This document shows, one piece after another, positions 32,138 to 42,340 of a DNA stretch of 64,000 bases; position 1 is the first letter of the stretch, and the number at the start of each line of letters is the position of its first letter. Under the pieces are notes generated by a model. That model had not been told where the DNA came from. It searched no databases and saw only the letters and a program-made list of their open reading frames with translations. Made by a program: the position numbers and the translations under genes. Origin of the DNA: Pirellulales bacterium (lineage in GTDB: Bacteria > Planctomycetota > Planctomycetia > Pirellulales > JAICIG01); contig JBBDYJ010000017.1 of assembly GCA_040901675.1 (NCBI GenBank), positions 93,072-157,071 of the forward strand. Direction: 5' to 3'.

Positions 32138-35100
32138 GTGACGCTGGACGAGGCCGACAGCGGCACCGTCAACGCCGTCTTCACCGTCACGCTCTCCGAG
32201 GCCCAGGGAGAGGATGTGACCGTCGGCTATGCCACCGCCGACGGCACCGCCGCCGCGCCGGGCGACTATACCAGCACGTCGGGCAACATCGTGTTTCTGG
32301 CCGGGCAGGTCTCCAAGACGATCTCGGTGGCGGTGGCTGGCGACACGGTCCAGGAGGCCGACGAGACGTTCTACGTCAACCTGACGCCGCCGGGCGGCAT
32401 CACGGGCGATACCCAGGGGCTGGGCACCATCCGCGATGCCAGCACGTTTGCCCCCAATGCGGTGGCCGAAGAAAACCCCAGCCTCGGCGACGACCGCATC
32501 GACCGTTTTGGCGGAGGTTTCAGGACTTCTCTGCCGCTGGCGGGCGACCAGGATTTCCTGGTCTACAACTCCAACACCAACGACCGGCCGCTGATCGTGA
32601 TCGAGACGGAGGTCAAGTCGGGCGTGCAGGTTCCCTCCCGGATCGAGGCGCAGTTGAAGTTCGACGGCGTGGCGGGCGACACGGTCTATTACAGCACTTT
32701 CATGCTTTCAGCCGGCACGAGCGTCCGCATCGTTTTGGAGGCCGACGCCACCAGCCTGCCCAGCGGGCATTACCCCTGGGAGGTGACGCTCACCGCCGTC
32801 TACTCCGGTAGCAGCTACACCCGCAAGTTCTTCGGCGAACAGAACGTGGTGAACCGCTCCGAGAGCGAGCTGGGCAGCCGCTGGCACGTCCGCGAGTTGG
32901 ACCGGCTGTTTGTCGACGACGACGGCGTGCTGCTGGTCAAGGGGGACGGCGAGGCCCTCTGGTACAGCGACAATGGCGACGACACCTACACCCGGCCCGC
33001 CGAGGACATCGAATTCGCCGTCCTGGTGAAAAACGGCGACGGCACGTACACCCGGACCACGAAGCACGGCGACCAGCAGGACTTCAGCGCCGCGGGACTG
33101 ATCACGTCGCGGTCCGACTCCAACGGCAACACCAAGACGTACACCTACACCGATGCCGATGGCGACAGCGAGGTCGACGAGCTGTGGAAGATCACCGACG
33201 CGGTGGGGCGGATCACCACGCTGGCCTACTCCGGCGGCTTCCTCGATTACATCGACGACTTCGCCGGCCGCCGCACCGAAGCCACGGTCAGCTCCGGCAA
33301 GCTGACCACCTACGTGCTGCCCGATCCGGACGACGGCGGACCTTTGTCGTCGCCCACGATCACCTTGACCAACAGCGGGTCGGGCGGCCTGTTGAGCCAG
33401 GTCACCGATCCGGTCGGCCGCAACACGGATCTGGACTACGACTTCGCCCACCGGATCAGCACCGCGACCAATCCGGACACCACCACCTGGGAAGTGGATC
33501 CCGCGCAGACCCGCGGCCTGGTCGATACCAGCTCCGGCGTGGGCACGAGCCCCAGCAACCTGGCGACTTTGTACAATCCGATGTTCGCCTACGCGCCGAT
33601 GACTGACCCGCGGGGCAATGCATCGAGCTTTACGTTCAACCGCTTTGGCGACACGCTCAACGAGACCCAGCCGTTGAGCAGCGTCACGACGCTGGAGCGC
33701 AACGAGCACGGCCTCGTCACCCGGCGGACCGATCCGGATCCGGACGACACCGGACCTCTGACCAGCCCCGTCACGGAGGCGGCTTACGACACGCGTGGCA
33801 ATGTCACCTTGTTGACGCGGCCGGACGACAGCGAGCGGTCGTGGAGCTACGACAGCACGTTCAATCGGGTCACGTCGGCCACCGACGAGCTGGGCCGCCA
33901 GAAGGTTTACACCGTGTCCCCCACGAACGGCAACGTGACTTCGGCGCGCGAGGTGATCGGCCAGGCCGATACGCCGCAGAACGAAGAGACCGACGACCTG
34001 GTGACCAGCTACACGTATCTGACCGGCGCGGGTGTGGCGGGGCTGGTCGATACCGAGACCGACCCTCTGGGGCGCGTCACCGACTGGGATTACAACTCGC
34101 GGGGGCTGGTCACCAAAATCACCTATGCCAAGGGGACCGTGGACGAGGCCTTCGTGACGTACGAGTACAACACGGCCGACATGCCGACCGCCTTTGTCGA
34201 CGAGCTGGGCAGGCGCACCGAATGGCAATACGACAAGCTCGATCGTGTGACCCGCCGTACCGAAAGCGACCCGGATGGGGCGGGACCACTCACCAGTCCT
34301 GTCTGGCAATGGGAATACGACTCCGCTTCCGAAGTCACCAAGGAGGTTGACCCTCTTGGGAGAGAGACGACCTGGACCTACGAGAATTCGGGCCGCCGGA
34401 TCGTGATGCGCGAGCCGGACCACGATGGCAACGGCCAGTTGACCGTCACCACGATCGAGCTGGACGCAAACTGGAACATGACCAGCGACACCGACAGTCT
34501 CGGGCGGGTGACCACCCACGAATTTGATGCCCTGAACAGGCGCACCAAAACCGTCAGGCCCGACCCCGACGGAGCAGGGCCGCTCGCGCCGCTCGCCAGT
34601 CCCGTAACCATCTGGGCTTACGACAATTTGGATCGAGTCACCACGGTCACGGAGACGGCCCTCGGTTCGAACGCGCCCCCATCGGTGACCGGGATTGCCG
34701 ACATGACGGTTGCCCAGGGGACCGCCCGCAGCGAGGCCGACCTGTGGGCCGCCTTCAACGATGGCCAGGACGCCGACGGCGCGCTGCGCTATTCGATCAC
34801 GAGCAACTCGAACCCGGCGCTGTTCGACGCCATTTACCGCTCGGCCGAGAACCCCGCCAAGCTGGTGCTCGACTACGCGGAGAACGTCACCGGCACGACG
34901 ACGCTTGTCATCAAGGCCACCGACACGGGCGGGCTGTCCACCAGCGACACGTTTGTCGTTACCGTCTCGTCGGTGCCCAGCGGCGATTTCACGGTCAACA
35001 CCAGCACGGGCAACCAGGTAGCGCCCGACCTGGGCTTCCTGGGAGCCGGCGGGTTCGTGGTTACCTGGTCGGGCGCGGGGGTCGAATCCGACGGCGTCTA

Positions 35101-38100
35101 TTCGCGCCGATACAACGCCGACGGCACCGCGGCCTCGTCCGAGACGCTCGTGAACAGCACGACCAGCGGCGTGCAGTCGGACCCGGCCATTGCCCTGTTG
35201 TCCAACGGCGATTACGCCATCGTCTGGCAGGGGAACGGCTCGGAGATGATGGGCGGCGACACGATGGGCATCTACCTGCAGCGGTTCGGGCCGACGGGCA
35301 ACGGGCTGGGCATGTCCGAGGCGCGGGTCAACGAGACCACGACCAACAACCAGGTGGCGCCGGCCATTGCCCGCCTGGCCGGAGGCGGGTTCGTCGTGGT
35401 TTGGGACGGCTACAGCGCCAGCGACGGCGACGGCGTCTACTTCCGCCGATACAACAACGACGGCACGGCCGCCTCGAGCGAGACGCTGGTGAACAACACC
35501 ACCACCAGCGCGCAGGCCGACGCGGACGTGGTGGGCCTGGCCGACGGCGGCTTCCTCGTCACCTGGCGGGGCAACGGTCCGGGCGACACGGAGGGCGTGT
35601 TCGCGCGCCGCTACAAGGCCGACGGCACCGCGCTGGGCAGCGAGTTCCTGGTCAACACCACGACCTCCGGCGTGCAGACGCTGCCGGCCATCACGGCCGA
35701 CGGCGGCTTTATCGTGGCCTGGCAGGGAGAAGGGGCGGGGGACACGGTAGGAGTGTTCGTCCGCAAGTACGCGGCCGACGGCACTCCGGCCAGCGCCGAG
35801 ACGCTGGTCAACGGCACGACCAGCGGCAGCCAGGTGGCGCCGGCCGTCGTGGTCACGCCCGACGGCGGCTTCGTGGTCGTCTGGGAGGGGAACGGCACGG
35901 GGGACAGCCAGGGTATTTTTGCCCGCCGCTACGCCCTGGACATGACGCCGCTGGGAGCCGAGTTTTTGGTCAACAGCTCGGCCACCAACGTGCAGTACAC
36001 GCCGCGCATCGACGGGGCCACGGACGGCCGGCTGGCGGTGGTCTGGCAGGACCGCAACGGCACGGACGACGACGTGCGGGCACGCCTGCTGCCCACCAGC
36101 AACTACGAGTGCGTCCTGCCCAGCCCGTTCCGGGCCGTGGCCGGCATCCTGCCCACCGCGATCGGCGGCGGCTTCCGACCCCCGACGTACACCTCAAGCT
36201 CCTCGTCGCTGGTCGACGGCCAGACGGTGCTGGGGCCGATCGACCATATCCTGGTCACGTTCAGCGAGCCGGTGCTCGACAGCTCGTTCACCACGGCCGA
36301 CGTGCTCACGCTCACCGGCCCGGGCGGCAGCATCACGCCCAGCGGCATCACCAAGCTGACCAAGTCGCAATACCGGGTCGATTTCAGCTCGCAGTCGGGC
36401 GCCGGCACGTACACGCTGACGCTGGGGGCGGACATCACCAAGGCCAGCGGCACGAAGCTGGACCAGGACTGGGACGGCATGCCCGGCGAATCGGCCGACG
36501 ACCGCTACAGCGTGATCGTCTACGTGGCGGCCCCCGCGCCCACGGCCGCTCCCGTGACTAGCTTCCAATATGACACGAACAGCCGCGTGACCCGCGTGAT
36601 CGCGCCCGACGGCGGCCAGTTCGACTACACGTACACCGACGCCGGCCAGTTGGAAACGTTCACCGATGCGCTGTCGCGGGTCTGGACCTACGAGTACGAC
36701 GACGCCTCGCGCCGCACGCGCGAGCTGGGACCGGATCCCGACGGCGCCGGCGGACAAGCCAGGCCCGAGACCGACTTCGAATACGACAAGAACAGCAACC
36801 TCCGTTTTCTCACGGATCCGCTGAACAACCAGCAGGAGTTCGTCTACGACAACCGCGAGCGCTTGATCGACTGGTACCAGGCCGATCCGGATGGGGCCGG
36901 GGCGGCGACGCGGCCCAGGACCAGCTACGAATGGGACGATGCCGGCCAGCGTACGAGCCAGACCGATCCGATGGGGCGTGAGACCACCTGGGTTCACGAC
37001 GATTTGGGCCGTATCGTCACGATGACGCTGCCCGACCCGGACGGCGCGGGCTCGCTATTGGCGCCGGTGTGGGAGTATGCCCACGACTCTGTCAGCAACC
37101 TCACGCGCGTCACGGCGCCTGACCCGGACGGCGCCGGATCGCTGGCCTCGCCCGTGACCGACCACGTGTACGATGCCCTCAACAACCGCATCTCGACCAC
37201 CTGGCCCGATCCCGACGGCACGGGTCCCCTGTCGCGGCCCGTCACCACCTGGACCTGGGACAGCGAGGGGCTGCTCAAGACCGAGACCGACCCCCTCTCC
37301 CGGACCACGACTTGGGCCCGCGACAATTTGGGGCGGGCCACCAGCATCACGCTGCCAGATCCGGACGGCGCGGGACCACTGGCTGCCCCTGTCACCCAGC
37401 TCAGCTACGACGGCCGCGACAACCTGATTAAAAAAGTCGATCCGGCGGGCCGTGCCACGCAGTTCCTCTATGACATCAACAACCGGCCGATCGGCATGGT
37501 CAACGCCCTGGGCGGCGTGACGGCCAATGTCTACAGCGCCGCCGGCGAAGTCACGCTGGCCGTCGACGCCATGGGGCGGCAGACAGCCTTTGGATATGAC
37601 GGGTTGGGCCGCAACACCTCGATCACGTTCCCGGATCCGGACGGCCCGGGCGCGCTCGATCCGCCGGTCCACGAGTTCACCGTTGACCTGGTGGGGAACG
37701 TCACTGCCTGGACCGACGGCCGCGGCAACACGACGGACACGGCCTTCGACAACCTGTACCGCGTCACCTCGGTCACGCTGCCAGATCCTGACGGCGCCGG
37801 GCCCGCCGGGCGGCCAGTGACCACGTATACCTACAACGCCGTGGGCGAAAGGCTGACCAAGACCGATGCGCTTTCACGGGTCACCAGCTCGGCCTACGAC
37901 GATTTGGGAAGAATCAGCTCGGTCACGCTGCCCGACCCTGACGGCGCGGGCGGACTGGCGGCGCCTGTCATCAGCTATGTCCACGATGCGCTGAACAGGC
38001 TGACCAGCGTGGTCCTGCCCGATCCGGATGACGGCGGTTCCCTGGTCTCGCCGGTCATCTCGTACGTTTACGATGGCCTGGACCGGATGATCGAGCTGCA

Positions 38101-41100
38101 CCAGCCTGACCCGGATGGTGCCGGGGGATTGGCTGCGCCTGTCACCACCTATACCTTTGATGCCGCCTCGCAGCTTACCCAAACGGTCGACCCACTCTCG
38201 CGCGACACGGTCTACACCCGCGACAACCTGGGGCGCGTCACCGGCGTCACGAACGAGCTGAACGAGACCACCACGATGGATTACGACGGGGCCAACAACG
38301 TCGTCAAGCGCACGGACGCCCAAGGCTTTTCGGTCACCGGCACGTTCGATCCGCTGGATAGGCTGGTCAAAAATCGCGATCCGCGCAACGGCGTCACGCA
38401 GCTCGGCTACGACCCGGTGGGGAACATGACGGTGCTGGTCGATGCGGCCTTGAACACGAACCTGTTCGAGTACGACCGGCTCGACCGCCGCACGGCCGAC
38501 ACGAACCAGCTCGGCGGCCGGCGGACCTGGAGCTTCGACGAGGCGAACAACGTCACCCAGGCCGTCGACCGCAACGGGCGGATCCGCGAGTTCACGTTCG
38601 ACACGCTGAACCGGCCGACCCAGGAGCAATGGAAAGACGGCGAGACGACGGTCCGGACGCTCACCACGGCCTTCGACGCGGCCGGGCAGCTCAGCGGGGC
38701 GAGCGACCCGGACAGCACGTATGCGTTCGCGTATGACGGGCTGGGCCGCGTCACTTCCGTCGACAACGACGGCACCTCCGGCGTGCCGCGGGTGATTTTG
38801 ACGAGCAGCTTCGACACGCTCTCGCGGCGCACGGCCCTGTCGGCCAGCGTGGCCGGCACGGCCGACTTCTTGAACAGTTTTTCATATGACGGGCTGTCGC
38901 GGATGACGCGGGTGGACCAGGCCGGGCAGAGCGGCGGCAACACGGTGGCGGCCAAGCGGGTCGATTTCGCGTACAACGCGATCAACCAGTTCACCGTGAT
39001 CGCCCGCTACAAGGACACGGCCGGCGGCGGCTCCAACGAGGTGGCCACCAGCACGTTCGGGTACGACGCGTTGGCGCGGTTGACGGCGCTGGACCACAAG
39101 ATCGGCTCGACGACGATCGCCGGCTACACCTGGGAGTTCGACACGCTGAACCGGGTGGTGGAGTTCGTCTCGCCCGACGGCACAACGACGTATAGCTATG
39201 ATGCCACCGGGCAATTGACGGCCGCCGACAACTCGTACCAGGCGGACGAGTCGTACGTCCACGACCTGAACGGCAACCGGGCCAACCCGGGTCACCAGAC
39301 GGGTGACAACAACCGCCTCTTGTCGGACGGGACGTTCACGTACACGTACGACGCCGAGGGGAACCGGCTGACGCGGCAGCGGATCTCGAGCGACCCGGCC
39401 GACGACTACCTGGTCGAGTACGCCTGGGACCACCGCAACCGGCTCACGGCCGTCACCTTCAAGGACAACTCCGGCACGACCACCAAGACGGTGGCCTACG
39501 CGTATGACGTTTTCGACAGGCGGATCCTGAAGAGCGTGGATGCCGACGGGGAGGGCGCCGGCACGGCCGAGGTCACGCGTTTCGTGTACGACGCGCCGCG
39601 CGCCGACGGCCTGGATAACATCGTGCTGGTGTTCGACGGCTCGGGGGCCATCACGCACCGTTACCTGCACGGCCCGGCCGTGGACCAGGTGCTGGCCGAC
39701 GAGCAGGTGGGCGGAAGCCTGCTCTGGGCATTGGCTGACAACCTGGGGACCGTGCGGGACCTGGTGAACAACTCGGGCGAGGTGCAGAACCATCTCAAGT
39801 TCGATGCCTTTGGCCAGGTGACGGCGGAATCGAACGCGGCGGTCGACTTCCTGTTCGGCTTTACGGGGCGCGAGCGGGACGAGGAGACCGGGCTCAACTA
39901 TCACCGGGCCCGCTACTACGATCCCGTCGTGGGCCGCTGGATCAGCGAGGACCCGCTGGGGTTCGCCGCCGGCGACACGAACCTGGTGCGGTACGTGATG
40001 AACGGCCCGACGAACGCGACGGATCCCAGCGGGCGTATCCCACTCAATGGAACTCCGGCGCAGAACGCGGCCTACGCCCAATGGTTAATGGACTTCCTTC
40101 TCGACGGCAAGGCGCCTTCGGCGATGAACCACGAAGCGCCCTCTGGCCCGGGTGTTTGGGACGACGTCCAACTCATCTTAGATGGCCTTGGCATGGTGCC
40201 GATCCTCGGAGAGCCCGCGGACTTTATAAACATGGGGATTTCGGCAGCGCGGGGCAATTGGGGGGACGCCGCATTGTCAGGTGCGGCAATGGTCCCCGTT
40301 TTGGGTTGGGGTGCCGGCGTGGCGAAAATGAAGAAGGCTGTCAATATCTTTGACCCCTCTGTAATGGCCAAGGCGCCGAATATGGGTAAAGGGATGCCGC
40401 CGGCCAGCAGCCTGCCAGGCGGAGCATCCGGTGCTGGCGCCATGCCTGGCGGCGGTGCCGGCAGCGGAATGCCGGGCGGCGGTGGCGCACCGACGCCTGT
40501 TGGCGCCGGTACACCGTCGGGCAGCGGTGGAGGCGGCCCCAGCGGCGGCGGGGGACCCGGTGGCGGTGGTGGAGGAAGTGGTGGTGGAGGAAGTGGTGGT
40601 GGCGGTGGAGGCTCGGGCGGTGGCGGATCGGGTGGAGGCGGATCCGGGGGCGGAGGTAACGGCGGAGGTAACGGCGGAGGCGGCAGTGGTGGCTGCTTCG
40701 AGGCCGGAACTCAGGTGGAAAGGCCGTGGTCATCGGCTATCATGGAGGTTGCCGTCAGCCCGCCGGCCGAGGATTCGCCGTGGCTTATTCCAGCCATTGT
40801 GGTGGGCGTTGGTCTGGTAGGATGGAAGCTGGACGACCGGCGTCAGCGCAGGAGCCGCAATCGAGAACGGGCCGCGGCGGAGCTGCTCTTTTCCGAATGG
40901 GATGACGAGATGAATCCCGTCGAGCGTTTCAACGACGTCTCCGACGATACGCTCGACTCGGACATGCCTGCAAACGCTTGGCCTGGCGAGTCGGACGCGC
41001 TCGAGGAGTCGATCGAGGCCTTGTGCGAGGCGTCCGGGCCGGCTCGTCCGCAACTGGATAAGCGGCCGGTTGAGCCGGGCGAGTGCGCCGTAGGCACGCT

Positions 41101-42340
41101 GGCCGTTCTCGAGAGCCTGGCGGAGGAACCGCGCGTGCGGAAGCTTTCCGTCGAGCGCATGAGCCATCGGCCGCTAAGAAGGCCATCAAGCCTGCCGGCT
41201 TCGAGTGAGCGCACTCCGGCGCGACCAAAGTCGAGGCCGCGCCGCTTCGGCGGTCTCTGGCTGGCGGCCTGCCTGCTGATCGCTGGCTTCCTTGGGTTTG
41301 GAGCTATTGCTCCGTCGGCCGATCAAATCGACGGCGCGCAGAGCGTCTCCCGCCAACTGGCCGGCACGCCGACAACCAGCATCGAGCGGATCGAGGTCGG
41401 CCAGCGGGTCACCGGCCTCAATCCGCTCCTGGCCGATGCAGAGCGAAACGCTCCAGAGCCCAATGCGGCCAGTTGGCGCAAGGTCGAACTGGAACTCGTC
41501 GCCCCAGACGGCCATCTCGTTGAGATCGTCCTGTTGCGGCCCATCGAGTGGCTCGAGGCGCTCAGCGCCAAGGCTGGCGGCGCCATCGAGTTGGACTTGC
41601 CGGAAATGGGTGTTCGGGGTCCCGCGGAAGTTCGGTCGGTCGGCCCTTGCCCGCCAATTGAAGTAGGCACGGGGAACGTTGTCACGGGCACGTTCGCCCA
41701 CGAAGCGGCCGCAGTGATTCACCTTTGGGTCGAAGGGCTCGACGAGCCGATCGGCTGCACTCCCAACCATCCCTTCTGGAGCGAAGACCGCCGGCGGTTC
41801 CTGCCGGCCGGCAACCTGCGAATCGGCGAACGCCTGCGGCATCGGCACGGGACTTCGCGCGTCACCACGACTGCGCCACGCCCGCGAACCCAGGCCGTCT
41901 ACAACCTGGAGGTCCACGGGGAGCACGTGTACCACGTCAGCCAAGCTGGGATCCTGGTCCACAACCAGAAGCCCGGCGGTGGCGGCAACGGCGGCTCTTC
42001 GACCGGTTCGTTCGATCCTGGAGGTTCCAGCACGGGTAGCTTTGGGCCGCCATCACAAGGCGGCGGGGGCGGTGATTGGTATGGGCCGGATCATGTTTGG
42101 TACGACAATGAAATGCAGAATCCTTTGGGAAAACCCAAACCGAAACCCCCCACAACAGGGGGAACGGGTGGAGCCGGGCCACCACCATCGCCTCCCGCCG
42201 CGGGTGGAGATGCGCTAACGACACTGCCACCGACACACGGCGGCGGAGGTCCGCATTACCCGCCTGATCATATCCTTTACGATGACCCATTCTATAATCC
42301 GCCCACGAGCAACGGGCTACCAGGCGGCTCTTCGCCATAG
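32138..42340 (+). CDS. Giant RHS/YD-repeat polymorphic protein: Calx-beta, YD repeats with inserted Ig/propeller block, RHS core, PT-TG-like, Hint, Gly/Pro tip (true 5' end probably ~32008)
   Basis: Calx-beta (VGYATADGTA..GDY), dozens of YD repeats, FTGRERDEETGLNYHRARYYDP.GRWISEDP, PTNATDPSG, CFEAGTQV...VYNLEV..ILVHN. Confidence 0.93.
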   Translation: MTLDEADSGTVNAVFTVTLSEAQGEDVTVGYATADGTAAAPGDYTSTSGNIVFLAGQVSKTISVAVAGDTVQEADETFYVNLTPPGGITGDTQGLGTIRDASTFAPNAVAEENPSLGDDRIDRFGGGFRTSLPLAGDQDFLVYNSNTNDRPLIVIETEVKSGVQVPSRIEAQLKFDGVAGDTVYYSTFMLSAGTSVRIVLEADATSLPSGHYPWEVTLTAVYSGSSYTRKFFGEQNVVNRSESELGSRWHVRELDRLFVDDDGVLLVKGDGEALWYSDNGDDTYTRPAEDIEFAVLVKNGDGTYTRTTKHGDQQDFSAAGLITSRSDSNGNTKTYTYTDADGDSEVDELWKITDAVGRITTLAYSGGFLDYIDDFAGRRTEATVSSGKLTTYVLPDPDDGGPLSSPTITLTNSGSGGLLSQVTDPVGRNTDLDYDFAHRISTATNPDTTTWEVDPAQTRGLVDTSSGVGTSPSNLATLYNPMFAYAPMTDPRGNASSFTFNRFGDTLNETQPLSSVTTLERNEHGLVTRRTDPDPDDTGPLTSPVTEAAYDTRGNVTLLTRPDDSERSWSYDSTFNRVTSATDELGRQKVYTVSPTNGNVTSAREVIGQADTPQNEETDDLVTSYTYLTGAGVAGLVDTETDPLGRVTDWDYNSRGLVTKITYAKGTVDEAFVTYEYNTADMPTAFVDELGRRTEWQYDKLDRVTRRTESDPDGAGPLTSPVWQWEYDSASEVTKEVDPLGRETTWTYENSGRRIVMREPDHDGNGQLTVTTIELDANWNMTSDTDSLGRVTTHEFDALNRRTKTVRPDPDGAGPLAPLASPVTIWAYDNLDRVTTVTETALGSNAPPSVTGIADMTVAQGTARSEADLWAAFNDGQDADGALRYSITSNSNPALFDAIYRSAENPAKLVLDYAENVTGTTTLVIKATDTGGLSTSDTFVVTVSSVPSGDFTVNTSTGNQVAPDLGFLGAGGFVVTWSGAGVESDGVYSRRYNADGTAASSETLVNSTTSGVQSDPAIALLSNGDYAIVWQGNGSEMMGGDTMGIYLQRFGPTGNGLGMSEARVNETTTNNQVAPAIARLAGGGFVVVWDGYSASDGDGVYFRRYNNDGTAASSETLVNNTTTSAQADADVVGLADGGFLVTWRGNGPGDTEGVFARRYKADGTALGSEFLVNTTTSGVQTLPAITADGGFIVAWQGEGAGDTVGVFVRKYAADGTPASAETLVNGTTSGSQVAPAVVVTPDGGFVVVWEGNGTGDSQGIFARRYALDMTPLGAEFLVNSSATNVQYTPRIDGATDGRLAVVWQDRNGTDDDVRARLLPTSNYECVLPSPFRAVAGILPTAIGGGFRPPTYTSSSSSLVDGQTVLGPIDHILVTFSEPVLDSSFTTADVLTLTGPGGSITPSGITKLTKSQYRVDFSSQSGAGTYTLTLGADITKASGTKLDQDWDGMPGESADDRYSVIVYVAAPAPTAAPVTSFQYDTNSRVTRVIAPDGGQFDYTYTDAGQLETFTDALSRVWTYEYDDASRRTRELGPDPDGAGGQARPETDFEYDKNSNLRFLTDPLNNQQEFVYDNRERLIDWYQADPDGAGAATRPRTSYEWDDAGQRTSQTDPMGRETTWVHDDLGRIVTMTLPDPDGAGSLLAPVWEYAHDSVSNLTRVTAPDPDGAGSLASPVTDHVYDALNNRISTTWPDPDGTGPLSRPVTTWTWDSEGLLKTETDPLSRTTTWARDNLGRATSITLPDPDGAGPLAAPVTQLSYDGRDNLIKKVDPAGRATQFLYDINNRPIGMVNALGGVTANVYSAAGEVTLAVDAMGRQTAFGYDGLGRNTSITFPDPDGPGALDPPVHEFTVDLVGNVTAWTDGRGNTTDTAFDNLYRVTSVTLPDPDGAGPAGRPVTTYTYNAVGERLTKTDALSRVTSSAYDDLGRISSVTLPDPDGAGGLAAPVISYVHDALNRLTSVVLPDPDDGGSLVSPVISYVYDGLDRMIELHQPDPDGAGGLAAPVTTYTFDAASQLTQTVDPLSRDTVYTRDNLGRVTGVTNELNETTTMDYDGANNVVKRTDAQGFSVTGTFDPLDRLVKNRDPRNGVTQLGYDPVGNMTVLVDAALNTNLFEYDRLDRRTADTNQLGGRRTWSFDEANNVTQAVDRNGRIREFTFDTLNRPTQEQWKDGETTVRTLTTAFDAAGQLSGASDPDSTYAFAYDGLGRVTSVDNDGTSGVPRVILTSSFDTLSRRTALSASVAGTADFLNSFSYDGLSRMTRVDQAGQSGGNTVAAKRVDFAYNAINQFTVIARYKDTAGGGSNEVATSTFGYDALARLTALDHKIGSTTIAGYTWEFDTLNRVVEFVSPDGTTTYSYDATGQLTAADNSYQADESYVHDLNGNRANPGHQTGDNNRLLSDGTFTYTYDAEGNRLTRQRISSDPADDYLVEYAWDHRNRLTAVTFKDNSGTTTKTVAYAYDVFDRRILKSVDADGEGAGTAEVTRFVYDAPRADGLDNIVLVFDGSGAITHRYLHGPAVDQVLADEQVGGSLLWALADNLGTVRDLVNNSGEVQNHLKFDAFGQVTAESNAAVDFLFGFTGRERDEETGLNYHRARYYDPVVGRWISEDPLGFAAGDTNLVRYVMNGPTNATDPSGRIPLNGTPAQNAAYAQWLMDFLLDGKAPSAMNHEAPSGPGVWDDVQLILDGLGMVPILGEPADFINMGISAARGNWGDAALSGAAMVPVLGWGAGVAKMKKAVNIFDPSVMAKAPNMGKGMPPASSLPGGASGAGAMPGGGAGSGMPGGGGAPTPVGAGTPSGSGGGGPSGGGGPGGGGGGSGGGGSGGGGGGSGGGGSGGGGSGGGGNGGGNGGGGSGGCFEAGTQVERPWSSAIMEVAVSPPAEDSPWLIPAIVVGVGLVGWKLDDRRQRRSRNRERAAAELLFSEWDDEMNPVERFNDVSDDTLDSDMPANAWPGESDALEESIEALCEASGPARPQLDKRPVEPGECAVGTLAVLESLAEEPRVRKLSVERMSHRPLRRPSSLPASSERTPARPKSRPRRFGGLWLAACLLIAGFLGFGAIAPSADQIDGAQSVSRQLAGTPTTSIERIEVGQRVTGLNPLLADAERNAPEPNAASWRKVELELVAPDGHLVEIVLLRPIEWLEALSAKAGGAIELDLPEMGVRGPAEVRSVGPCPPIEVGTGNVVTGTFAHEAAAVIHLWVEGLDEPIGCTPNHPFWSEDRRRFLPAGNLRIGERLRHRHGTSRVTTTAPRPRTQAVYNLEVHGEHVYHVSQAGILVHNQKPGGGGNGGSSTGSFDPGGSSTGSFGPPSQGGGGGDWYGPDHVWYDNEMQNPLGKPKPKPPTTGGTGGAGPPPSPPAAGGDALTTLPPTHGGGGPHYPPDHILYDDPFYNPPTSNGLPGGSSP

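Noticed and set aside
32138..42340. RHS as a T6SS effector
   Set aside because: No PAAR/VgrG domain or EagR chaperone is visible, and an LEPRxLL signal is present; proximity alone is insufficient.
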